Positions 7,632 to 16,826 of a DNA stretch of 37,053 nt are shown in pieces. The translations under genes and the position numbers were made by a program. The stretch comes from a virus. Its lineage: Duplodnaviria; Caudoviricetes. Each line of letters starts with the position of its first letter. Positions within the stretch are counted from its first letter, which is position 1. The DNA is taken from positions 1 through 37,053 of IMG/VR virus record IMGVR_UViG_3300044272_000001; one strand, written 5' to 3'. Under the pieces are notes generated by a model. That model saw only the letters and a program-made list of their open reading frames with translations. It did no database searches and had not been told where the DNA came from.

Positions 7632-7757
7632 ATGATTGTAACTTGCCCAAAGTGTTCTATAAATTATAATACAGATAAATTTAATAGTTGTCCTAATTGT
7701 CAAGAACAATATGATTTTGATAATGGACCTTGGAAAACAATAAAGGATAACCAATAA
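7632..7757 (+). CDS. 41-aa zinc-ribbon microprotein (not in ORF track)
   Basis: MIVTCPKCSINYNTDKFNSCPNCQEQYDFDNGPWKTIKDNQ; fills the terL-portal gap; TAATG overlap with the portal start. Confidence 0.7.
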   Translation: MIVTCPKCSINYNTDKFNSCPNCQEQYDFDNGPWKTIKDNQ

Positions 7758-9853
7758 TGGAAGAAGATTTTGAAGAAACAATGGATTCTGCAGATTCTAC
7801 TGCAATAGAAGATAGCAAAGAAGATTCTTACACAGATCCTCTTGTTGGAACTATTGTTGGTTTAATTCAAGATAAATACAAAAAAGCATCTACAGCTAGA
7901 GAAACAGAAGAACAAAGATGGGTAAAAGCATACCGTAACTATCGTGGTTTGTATGGGCCAGATGTACAATTTACTTCTACAGAAAAATCTAGGGTGTTTG
8001 TTAAAGTAACTAAAACAAAAGTTCTTGCTGCTTATGGGCAGATTGTAGAAGTTCTCTTTGGTAATAATAAGTTTCCAATATCAATAGAACCCACAACACT
8101 TCCTGAAGGTGTTGCAGAGTCTGTACATTTTGAAACAGATGAAAATCTTAAAAAAGCTTCAGGTATAACTAAAGAGGATATGCAACCACTTCCAGGTGAA
8201 ACTTATCAACAGGTACAAGAAAGACTTGCTGGATTAGAAGATCAATTATCTCCTGTAACTGAGATAATTAAAGAAGGGCCAGGAACGACTGCAACTCAGA
8301 TAACTGTACATCCTGCTATGATTGCAGCTAAGAAAATGGAAAAGAAGATACATGACCAACTAGAAGAATCAAATGCTAATAAGCAACTACGTGTAGCAGC
8401 ATTTGAAACTGCATTGTTTGGCACTGGTATTATGAAAGGCCCATTTGCAATAGATAAAGAATACCCTAGTTGGTCAGAGGACGGTGAGTACAGTCCTGTA
8501 TTTAAAACTATACCCCAAACTTCTTCTGTATCTATTTGGAATTTTTATCCAGATCCTGACGCAGCAAATATGGATGAGGCAGAGTATGTCGTTGAAAGAC
8601 ATAAAATGTCTAGGTCACAAATAAGAAATTTAAAAAACAGACCTTTTTTTAGAAGCAATTCTATAGACAATGCAATTAAACTTGGTGAGTCCTACACTAA
8701 AGAGTGGTGGGAACAAATAATGGAAGATGATGCTCAAGAAACAAATCCAGAAAGATATGAGGTTCTTGAGTTTTGGGGTAATGTAGACACTGACATTATA
8801 AAAGAACATAATGTAGATATACCAAAAGAATTTAAAGATTTAGATGAAGTTAGTGTAAATATTTGGGTTTGTAACAATCAAGTTTTACGTTTAGTTATTA
8901 ATCCTTTTACACCTGCAATTATTCCATACTATGCAGTACCATATGAAATAAACCCTTACAATCTTTTTGGTATTGGTTTAGCAGAAAATATGGATGATAC
9001 GCAAACTCTTATGAATGGTTTTATGCGTATGGCAGTAGATAATGCTGCACTGTCAGGTAATATGTTAATAGAGGTAGACGAAACTAATCTAACTCCAGGT
9101 CAAGATCTATCTGTATATCCAGGAAAAGTATTTAGAAGACAAGGCGGTGCTCCTGGGCAAGCTATTTTTGGAACAAAGTTTCCTAACGTATCTAACGAGA
9201 ACATGCAGATGTTCGATAAAGCAAGGGTATTAGCAGATGAATCAACAGGTTTCCCATCTTTTGCACATGGTCAAACAGGAGTTCAAGGAGTGGGGCGTAC
9301 TGCTTCTGGAATCAGTATGCTTATGTCTGCTGCTAACGGCAGCATACGTAATGTTGTCAAAAATGTGGATGATTATTTACTAAGCCCATTAGCAAAAGCT
9401 TTTTATAGCTTTAATATGCAGTTTGATTATGATCCAGAAATTAAAGGTGATTTAGAAATTAAATCTAGAGGAACCGAAAGTCTTATGGCAAATGAAGTTC
9501 GTAGCCAAAGACTAATGCAGTTTTTACAAGTTGTGCAAAACCCAGTGCTTGCACCATTTGCTAGAATGGATTATGTTATTCGAGAAATTTGTAAATCAAT
9601 GGATCTTGATCCAGATAAACTTGTTAATTCTTTATCTGATGCTGCAATACAAGCTGAGATATTAAAACAATTTAGACAAGAAAATCCTGAAGCTGCACCA
9701 CCTGAAGCTCAACAACAACAAGGTCAAGCACCAGCAGGTGCTCAAGCAGAAGATCCAACTGGGGCAGGTGGAGCAACTATAGGTACTGGTAATGTACCAC
9801 AACCTGGAGAGCCAGGATTTGCAGCTAATAACCAAGGAGCACCAGTACAGTGA
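7757..9853 (+). CDS. Portal protein
   Basis: 698 aa after terL; LFGTGIMKGP, NFYPDP, FGIGLAE and RTASGISML motifs; Q/P/A-rich tail. Confidence 0.9.
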   Translation: MEEDFEETMDSADSTAIEDSKEDSYTDPLVGTIVGLIQDKYKKASTARETEEQRWVKAYRNYRGLYGPDVQFTSTEKSRVFVKVTKTKVLAAYGQIVEVLFGNNKFPISIEPTTLPEGVAESVHFETDENLKKASGITKEDMQPLPGETYQQVQERLAGLEDQLSPVTEIIKEGPGTTATQITVHPAMIAAKKMEKKIHDQLEESNANKQLRVAAFETALFGTGIMKGPFAIDKEYPSWSEDGEYSPVFKTIPQTSSVSIWNFYPDPDAANMDEAEYVVERHKMSRSQIRNLKNRPFFRSNSIDNAIKLGESYTKEWWEQIMEDDAQETNPERYEVLEFWGNVDTDIIKEHNVDIPKEFKDLDEVSVNIWVCNNQVLRLVINPFTPAIIPYYAVPYEINPYNLFGIGLAENMDDTQTLMNGFMRMAVDNAALSGNMLIEVDETNLTPGQDLSVYPGKVFRRQGGAPGQAIFGTKFPNVSNENMQMFDKARVLADESTGFPSFAHGQTGVQGVGRTASGISMLMSAANGSIRNVVKNVDDYLLSPLAKAFYSFNMQFDYDPEIKGDLEIKSRGTESLMANEVRSQRLMQFLQVVQNPVLAPFARMDYVIREICKSMDLDPDKLVNSLSDAAIQAEILKQFRQENPEAAPPEAQQQQGQAPAGAQAEDPTGAGGATIGTGNVPQPGEPGFAANNQGAPVQ

Positions 9854-10044
9854 GCAACCTAAAACTAGTGGTAAATAATAAACCACAGTGGGATGCAATG
9901 CTAGATGAGATGTATTTTCGTATTGGCTTTGCACATAAACAAATAGAGCAACTAGACGATCCTGCAGAAATATTTAGATATCAAGGTGAGATACGTGCTT
10001 TACGTTCTTTAACTAGATTAAGGGATAAAGTAAATAATGAATAG
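9850..10044 (+). CDS. Small portal-adjacent conserved protein
   Basis: GTG start overlapping the portal stop; FRYQGEIRALRSL helix motif. Confidence 0.75.
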   Translation: MSNLKLVVNNKPQWDAMLDEMYFRIGFAHKQIEQLDDPAEIFRYQGEIRALRSLTRLRDKVNNE

Positions 10045-13000
10045 TAGTTTAGTTCCTAAACCTAGACCTAGAAGTAAAACAAAAGATACTACACTTCGTG
10101 GTAGACCTGTTTGGATTGATAAGACAGGGGATATAACTGGTGAAAAAGGTACTCGTTATTCTGAAGTAACTACGACTATACCTTGGGGAACTGAATGGAT
10201 TACTGCTCCTAGTATTGATAAGGACGGTTCTAGGTTATCTGATGAAGAAGTAAAACAAAAATTAAAGGACAACGAAGGTAGAGATTTTATTACTGGAGAA
10301 AAGCTACCAACATTTGAAAGTGAACCAGAAGCTACTGCATATGCTGAGTGGCGTTCAGACACAATGTTTGATTTGGAAGAAATAGAAAAAGGTTACCCAG
10401 AAAAAGTATATGAAAATGTAGAACCTGAAAAAGAAGAAAACAGTTTTATGTATGACATGGGTAGTTATGCAAAAGGTATCGGTAAAGCTTTAGCTGCCAT
10501 AGGTTTGCGTAGATATGGTGTAGATTATTATCCTACTGCAGATGGTTTCTTTAAAGGTGGTGATGTACAAAAAGAAGATCCTGCTTTAAAATTTAAAAGA
10601 AGATCTACAGTAACTGACCAAAGTATAAATGATGCAATAAATGCACAACCTAAAAAAGGTATGGGTTATGTAGAATTATTAGTAGATAATATTGTTGGTT
10701 TAGATAATGAGTATGAATCTTTTGGTGAAAAACTTGGTACAGAGTTTAATAAAGATGAACTTGGTTTTCTTAAAAATATAGCAGTAGGTGCATATGAAGG
10801 TGCAAAAGAATTTGTAACAAGTCCTGTTGATACAACTAAAAGTGTTGTAAAAGATATTGCAGACAGTGTACAAAGACTTGGTACTGAAGATTTAGATATG
10901 CGACTTAAACGTTTGTACAATGTTACGTATGCAGATGCTACAGATGAGCAAGTAAACAGAGCTAGAGAAAGTGTATTCGGAGATGCACTTACAGCTTTAG
11001 AGTTAGTTCCTGCTGGTGCTGCTACAGCAGTTGTTGCAAAGCAAGCACTCAAATCAGGTGCAGGAAAACAAGCAATAGATTTTGCTAAACGTATTGAGGT
11101 TGATCCTGATGCTGTAGGTTCATTAGGTGGTAATATTAGATTAACACCAAAAGATACATCAGACTTTGATAGATCTCAGATAACACCAGTACAAAGAAAA
11201 CGTACTGATACATTACCTAAAAGTGAAGTTTCTCCACTTACAAAAGAAAGTACAGACAAAAGACTTTTTGAAACTGGTGTTGTAGATTTTTTTTATGACA
11301 GCGATCCAGAATATATGACAGTTTCACCTGAAGCTGCTAGAGAAAGTTTTAGAAAAGATAAAGAATTTTATACAAGAGATTTTTATAGTTCTATAACTAC
11401 TGCGTTAGAAAATAGAGTTGGTAAAAAAGGTATATCTGGTAAAGTAGCTAAAAAGTTTTTAGAAAAAAATGCACCTAATATAAACAAACAAGAGTTATAT
11501 TGGTCAGGACTTCTTGATATATTAGAAGATGATAAGGTATATAAGAGAGATGAACTATTATCTCTTGCAAAAGAAAATACACCACAAGTAGAAATAGAAG
11601 TTCTTACTAATCCTAGATTTGAAGTAGGAGATCCAAGTAAAAGACCTAAATTTTTTACTATGCAAAGAATTACAAAGGCTATTAGGTTAAAAAATAATGA
11701 TGGATCTTTAATATCAGAAAGACCTAGTTTTGAAGACTTTGATTATGCAGAAATATTAATAACAAATAAAAATAAAAAAGAGAGTTTTTATGATGGAGCA
11801 TATGAGCATTGGGGAGAAAGTGGTGTTTTAGGTCATGCTAGAGTAACTTATATTAACCATAGAGATAAATCAGCCGCAGTTGTTGACGAATTTCAAAGTG
11901 ATGCTGTACAAGGTGGTGGTATAGCAAGTAAACAAACAAGTGAGCGTTGGGCTAACATTAAAAAAGATCGAGATGATGGTCTACCAACTTTAGGTGATAT
12001 AGGTTTACACTATGAACTTGAACTTTTCGATTTTGTTTCTTCTTATTTTCTTGGGAATGTCCCACTTAGTAAAAAATTTAAAGACGAAATAAAAAGATAT
12101 AATTATGATTTTGATAGTATAACAGATCAAGAGGCTGCAGAAACTGCAATAAAAGTAGGTCTTACTGACACAGTTAAAAAACTTACAAAGTTAAAAGATA
12201 AACACATACGTAATGAAATTACTTATGGCGAAGTTGTTGATGAGTTAGCAAAAGAATTTAATTTAAAAACAAGTGCTATTAAAAGAAGAAGTATACAAGA
12301 AATAAGTGAAATTGATAATGCTTTTGCTAATGTTTTAGGTGATTATGTTTTTGGTAAATCTGTTGTAAGAAAACATGATAAAAACAACAATGGTGAAATG
12401 AAAGAAGATCTAGCAAGTATATTTAGTGCAATAAATGTACAAGATTTTACTGATCATTTAGTACCTTTAAATTTAACTGGTTCAGTTCGCACTGCTTTAT
12501 TGGGTGTAATTAAAGATGCAAAAGAACGTGGTATAAATAAAATAATTATTCCTCCTGTAGAATCACTTATGAAAGTTAGACGAGGTGGTTCTAAACCAGC
12601 TTTTAAAGCAACGTATGAAGATGCAGCTATTAAAGCTTTAAAAGAATTAAAATCAGAAACTAAAGGTAAAATAAATTTTGAAAGAAAAGAAGATGATCTT
12701 ATATCATTTGAAGCAGGTTCTGACCCAATAATAATAGATGTTTCAGATTTTGAAATACCAGAGTTTGCACAGTTTAGATTTTATAAAGGTGGAGATGTAC
12801 CTAAGAATAATTGGGAAAGACTTACACGTTGGATAAAAAGTAAATTAGATGAGATAGAGAATCCATTTAAAAAAGCTAATTATGATTGGGGTCCAGGAGT
12901 TGTACGTGCTTTTAAACAAATGGTAAAAATAGATGAACAAAGAGCTAAAGAAACTTTTCCAGATTTATATAGAAAACATATAAAAGGTGAGAAATTATAC

Positions 13001-14500
13001 AATAAAGGTGGTGTCACAATGAAAGATCAAATGCAAATGGCCTTCATAGATGAGGGTGGACTAAGGGATGATGGAATGAATAGAGATCCTGTATCAGGTA
13101 ATGAAGTTCCCTCTGGTTCTCTTGCGGAAGAAGTAAGAGATGATGTACCAGCAAGGTTGTCAGAAGGAGAGTATGTTGTTCCTGCTGATGTAGTTCGTTT
13201 CTACGGTGTAAAGTTTTTTGAAGATTTAAGAACTAAAGCTAAGATGGGCTTGCAAGATATGGAACAAAATGGTCGAATAGGTGGAACACCTATTAATGAG
13301 CCTACTCCTGCTAGATCTATGGATGAGGATTTAAGTTCTGAAGAATTTGAATTTTTACAAAGCTTAGTAGGTGACGAAAGAAATCTTGATGCTATGAGTC
13401 AAGAAATGACCTCACAAGCAACTGCTTTAAGTGAAGGTGGAGAAGTAAGAGGTTACTATGATTCTAGTATGGTTACTAATCCTTATCAACAACCTTATGT
13501 ACCAGCATATGCTACCCCAGGGGCTATGACTGTTGGGATGAATGCACCATACATATATCCAGGATCAGGTGGTACTCCAGGGTATGGCCCACCACAAGCT
13601 CCACAAGAACCACCAGGTGGATGCCCTGAAGGAATGATGTGGAATGGAACTATGTGTGTTATAGATCCTAATTATGTCGCACCACAAAGAGGTGGTGGTG
13701 GCAGTGATGACGATGGTCCAGGGACTACAGCACCAGAACCAAAACCTTGGTATGAAGGTATAGATGTAAGTGACCCTTCAGGTTATCTCGATGGTTTATT
13801 GGGAGCACAACAAGAAGATCAAAGTATGATCGGTGGAATATTATCCAACATGCCTATCTTTAAAGCAGTTGGCAGTATTGGACATTTAAGTAATGTTGCC
13901 AAAGCTAGAGCAACAGTAGCTATGGCTAAAGTTACGGAAGTTAATGGTAAAGCTAAATACAGTGATGAAGAAATTTCTGCTATGGAAGCTAAGATTGATA
14001 AGTACATAGATGATAATAATGTTAATAGAAAAATTGCAGACTCTATAGCTTCTGGTAGAATGTTTACAACTAGTGGTATGGGTAACTTTGATAAAAATAA
14101 AGATGGTAAATTAGATTTCTTAGAAGAACTTGGTGGTAATATAAAAGAGAAACAACCAACAAAACCAAAACCTGAATATATTGATACTTCTAAACTTAAA
14201 GGAGTTTCAACAAGCACAACTTTTAAAAAAGATGGTGATACTGGAACTGAAACAGATGCTTTACGTAGACAAAGAAGTGATGAGAGTAAAAGTAATTTAG
14301 AAAAAATGATGGCTGATACTCGTAAAAGAGCTGATGCTATTAAAGCAGAAAGTAAGAAAACTGGTAAAAGTATTGCTGAAATTGGTAGAGCATCAGCACC
14401 ATCAAGTGCAAGTAAAACTGCAAAACAAAAAGCCAAAGAAGAAGGTGATCCAAGAGGAATGGATAAAGGCGGCTTAATGTCTAAGAAAAAGAAAAAATAA
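10037..14500 (+). CDS. Large modular (polyvalent-like) protein, probably virion cargo
   Basis: 1487 aa between portal and scaffold; segments flanked by FFKGG, FYKGG, YNKGG, IDEGG, LSEGG, MDKGG; contains a DEFQSD domain, a DDVPARLSEGEYVVPADVV domain and an EF-hand loop; possible internal start ATG 13019. Confidence 0.75.
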   Translation: MNSSLVPKPRPRSKTKDTTLRGRPVWIDKTGDITGEKGTRYSEVTTTIPWGTEWITAPSIDKDGSRLSDEEVKQKLKDNEGRDFITGEKLPTFESEPEATAYAEWRSDTMFDLEEIEKGYPEKVYENVEPEKEENSFMYDMGSYAKGIGKALAAIGLRRYGVDYYPTADGFFKGGDVQKEDPALKFKRRSTVTDQSINDAINAQPKKGMGYVELLVDNIVGLDNEYESFGEKLGTEFNKDELGFLKNIAVGAYEGAKEFVTSPVDTTKSVVKDIADSVQRLGTEDLDMRLKRLYNVTYADATDEQVNRARESVFGDALTALELVPAGAATAVVAKQALKSGAGKQAIDFAKRIEVDPDAVGSLGGNIRLTPKDTSDFDRSQITPVQRKRTDTLPKSEVSPLTKESTDKRLFETGVVDFFYDSDPEYMTVSPEAARESFRKDKEFYTRDFYSSITTALENRVGKKGISGKVAKKFLEKNAPNINKQELYWSGLLDILEDDKVYKRDELLSLAKENTPQVEIEVLTNPRFEVGDPSKRPKFFTMQRITKAIRLKNNDGSLISERPSFEDFDYAEILITNKNKKESFYDGAYEHWGESGVLGHARVTYINHRDKSAAVVDEFQSDAVQGGGIASKQTSERWANIKKDRDDGLPTLGDIGLHYELELFDFVSSYFLGNVPLSKKFKDEIKRYNYDFDSITDQEAAETAIKVGLTDTVKKLTKLKDKHIRNEITYGEVVDELAKEFNLKTSAIKRRSIQEISEIDNAFANVLGDYVFGKSVVRKHDKNNNGEMKEDLASIFSAINVQDFTDHLVPLNLTGSVRTALLGVIKDAKERGINKIIIPPVESLMKVRRGGSKPAFKATYEDAAIKALKELKSETKGKINFERKEDDLISFEAGSDPIIIDVSDFEIPEFAQFRFYKGGDVPKNNWERLTRWIKSKLDEIENPFKKANYDWGPGVVRAFKQMVKIDEQRAKETFPDLYRKHIKGEKLYNKGGVTMKDQMQMAFIDEGGLRDDGMNRDPVSGNEVPSGSLAEEVRDDVPARLSEGEYVVPADVVRFYGVKFFEDLRTKAKMGLQDMEQNGRIGGTPINEPTPARSMDEDLSSEEFEFLQSLVGDERNLDAMSQEMTSQATALSEGGEVRGYYDSSMVTNPYQQPYVPAYATPGAMTVGMNAPYIYPGSGGTPGYGPPQAPQEPPGGCPEGMMWNGTMCVIDPNYVAPQRGGGGSDDDGPGTTAPEPKPWYEGIDVSDPSGYLDGLLGAQQEDQSMIGGILSNMPIFKAVGSIGHLSNVAKARATVAMAKVTEVNGKAKYSDEEISAMEAKIDKYIDDNNVNRKIADSIASGRMFTTSGMGNFDKNKDGKLDFLEELGGNIKEKQPTKPKPEYIDTSKLKGVSTSTTFKKDGDTGTETDALRRQRSDESKSNLEKMMADTRKRADAIKAESKKTGKSIAEIGRASAPSSASKTAKQKAKEEGDPRGMDKGGLMSKKKKK

Positions 14501-14523
14501 GTTGTACAACCTATTAACCCTAT

Positions 14524-14573
14524 CCTATACTGATAACGATAAGGCTACCCTATACTGATAACGATAAGGCTAC
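14524..14573 (+). repeat. Perfect 25-bp tandem duplication
   Basis: CCTATACTGATAACGATAAGGCTAC at 14524-14548 and 14549-14573. Confidence 0.95.
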
Positions 14574-14587
14574 TCAGCTACGGCTGA
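14574..14587 (+). promoter_or_regulatory. UNCG-tetraloop hairpin in the scaffold leader
   Basis: TCAGC-TACG-GCTGA, about 12 nt upstream of the AGGAG SD. Confidence 0.6.
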
Positions 14588-14611
14588 CCCCAACATAAAA
14601 GGAGAAATACT

Positions 14612-15499
14612 ATGCCTGAACTAGCAGAAATTGAAACCCCAAAAACTGCAGGATTTGTTGAACGTGGATCTAACTACGCCAAACGACAACAACGAATGGA
14701 AGACGAAGAAAAGGAGATTGCAGAGCTTGAAGCCCAACAACGTGGTGAAACTGAATCTAAAGAAGAAGTTACCGAAGAGAAAGAGGCCCATACAGAAGCT
14801 AAAGAAGAAACGCTATCTGCAGAAGAAAAATCTTTTAAAAAACGTTATGGTGATTTAAGACGCCATATGGGTGAAAAGGAAAAAGAGTGGAAAGAAAGAC
14901 TTGAAGCTCTTGAGAATAGGTTAGAGAATACCTCTGTTACTCCACCTAAATCTGATGAAGATATTGCTGAATGGTCAAAGAAATATCCAGATGTTGCAGG
15001 TATAGTAGAAACTATTGCTGCTAAAAAAGCACAAGAAATGTTTAGTAAAGCAGAGAAAAGACTTCAAGAAATAGATGAAGTACAAAGCGAAGCTAAACGT
15101 ATAGAACTAGAAGCAGAGATAAGACAGGAGCATCCTGACTTTGATGAGTTAAAAGCTGCAGATAAGTTTCATAACTGGGCAGAAGAACAACCTAAGTGGG
15201 TTCAAGATGCTTTGTATGAAAATGCAGATGATCCTGCTTCTGTAGTAAGAGTTATTGATTTATATAAGATAGATCACAAAATAACTAAAACAGATAAGAA
15301 AGCAAATAAAAAAGCTGCTGCTTCTGTTGTTACAAAAAGAACCAAGACATCTGTAGATGCTGATGAAGCTGGAAGTTACATTAAAGAATCTGATGTAGCT
15401 AAGATGTCTACTAAAGATTTTGAGAAAAATCAAGATAAAATAAACGAAGCTCTTAGGGCAAATAAGTTTATTTACGATATTTCTGGCACTGCCAGATAA
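14612..15499 (+). CDS. Capsid scaffolding protein
   Basis: Acidic coiled coil, FKKRYGDL, HPDFDEL, directly upstream of the capsid gene. Confidence 0.8.
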   Translation: MPELAEIETPKTAGFVERGSNYAKRQQRMEDEEKEIAELEAQQRGETESKEEVTEEKEAHTEAKEETLSAEEKSFKKRYGDLRRHMGEKEKEWKERLEALENRLENTSVTPPKSDEDIAEWSKKYPDVAGIVETIAAKKAQEMFSKAEKRLQEIDEVQSEAKRIELEAEIRQEHPDFDELKAADKFHNWAEEQPKWVQDALYENADDPASVVRVIDLYKIDHKITKTDKKANKKAAASVVTKRTKTSVDADEAGSYIKESDVAKMSTKDFEKNQDKINEALRANKFIYDISGTAR

Positions 15500-15505
15500 A
15501 AGATG

Positions 15506-15538
15506 TTGACAAATTTAAATTTGTTAATATAACTAAGG
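15506..15538 (+). promoter_or_regulatory. Capsid promoter overlapped by a 22-bp palindrome
   Basis: TTGACA (15506-15511), 16 nt, TATAAC-TAAGG; TTGACAAATTT/AAATTTGTTAA inverted repeat with one mismatch. Confidence 0.7.
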
Positions 15539-15540
15539 TC

Positions 15541-15720
15541 ATAGCAAACAGAGCCTCATTCAGACTACCTCTATGCTAACCTTTAAGAAAGTCTAAACTA
15601 ACAAGAATCACCTGAGTAAGTACAGGCCCAACTAGTATTGATTGGCGAATCTTTACTAGATTGCACCCTAGAAAATATTCAGCCTCTTTAATGTACGTTT
15701 AGCTTTGTAACCCAAAGCCA
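15541..15720 (+). ncRNA. Candidate structured cis-regulatory leader of the capsid mRNA
   Basis: About 200-nt UTR with four stems and a possible pseudoknot, all predicted by eye. Confidence 0.45.
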
Positions 15721-15739
15721 AATAACAGGAGGATTTATC

Positions 15740-16813
15740 ATGGCTTTTACATCCGCATCGGGTCACGGTAACTTACCTAATGGTAATTTTAGTTCCGTAA
15801 TTTACTCGAAAAAAGTACAGCTTGCTTTCCGCAAGAGTACTGTTACTGGTGATATCACAAACTCTGATTATTTCGGAGAGATTGCTGCTCAAGGTGATAC
15901 AGTGAAAATCATCAAAGAACCAGAAATTTCTGTGAGCAGCTATGCTCGTGGAACTACTGTTTCTGCACAAGATCTAGACGATGAGGACTTCTCTCTTGTC
16001 ATCGACAAAGCAAACTACTTTGCTTTTAAAATTGATGACATCGAAGAAGCACACTCACATGTCAACTTCATGGATCTTGCAACTAACCGTGCAGCTTACC
16101 GTTTAGCTGATCAGCATGACCAAGAAGTTCTTGGTTACCTAGCAGGTTTTAAACAGTCATCTCTGCACTCACAAGCAGACACAGCTAATGACCAAGTAAA
16201 TGGTTCAAAAGCTGTATCTACTGCTGGCTCTAACGAATTGCTTTCAAGCATGCAGTTAAAGAAAGGCGACTTTGGCAATATTACAACTACCTCTGCTGGG
16301 GATCACTCAATTCCACTAGCAGCACGTATGCCAGGTGCTACTGCACTTCCAACTGCCACAGCTTCACCATCAATGGTTGTAGCTAGAATGGCTCGTTTGT
16401 TGGATCAACAACAAGTTGATACACAAGGACGTTGGATTGTTGTAGACCCAGTGTTCATGGAAATTCTTCGTGATGAAGACTCACGTCTTTTCAACGCAGA
16501 CTTCGGTGAATCTGGTGGTATGCGTAATGGTCTTGTTTTGAATAACTTTCATGGTTTCCGTGTTTATACTTCAAGCAACTTGCCAGCCGTTGGTACAGGC
16601 CCAGGTACAACTGGTTCTGCAAACCAAAACGCCAACTACGGTGTAATCGTAGCTGGACATGATTCTGCTGTCGCAACTGCGGAGCAAATCAATAAAACAG
16701 AAACATATCGTGACCCTGACAGCTTTGCTGACATTGTTCGTGGTATGCATCTATATGGCAGAAAGATTCTTCGTCCAGAAGCTCTTGTTAATGCCAAGTA
16801 TAATGCAGCGTAG
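15740..16813 (+). CDS. Major capsid protein (HK97 fold)
   Basis: GNLPNGNF..VIYSKKV, GEI...GDTVKII, FADIVRGMHLYGRKILRPE; strong AGGAGG SD; codon bias typical of high expression. Confidence 0.92.
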   Translation: MAFTSASGHGNLPNGNFSSVIYSKKVQLAFRKSTVTGDITNSDYFGEIAAQGDTVKIIKEPEISVSSYARGTTVSAQDLDDEDFSLVIDKANYFAFKIDDIEEAHSHVNFMDLATNRAAYRLADQHDQEVLGYLAGFKQSSLHSQADTANDQVNGSKAVSTAGSNELLSSMQLKKGDFGNITTTSAGDHSIPLAARMPGATALPTATASPSMVVARMARLLDQQQVDTQGRWIVVDPVFMEILRDEDSRLFNADFGESGGMRNGLVLNNFHGFRVYTSSNLPAVGTGPGTTGSANQNANYGVIVAGHDSAVATAEQINKTETYRDPDSFADIVRGMHLYGRKILRPEALVNAKYNAA

Positions 16814-16826
16814 GGAGGAATAAACA

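Noticed and set aside
14524-14573. 25-bp repeat as a mini-CRISPR or att site
   Set aside because: Copies abut with no spacer; no cas or integrase gene in the window
15611-15675. Hammerhead ribozyme in the capsid leader (CTGAG...GAAA)
   Set aside because: Core CUGANGA is not matched and the stems do not fit the topology
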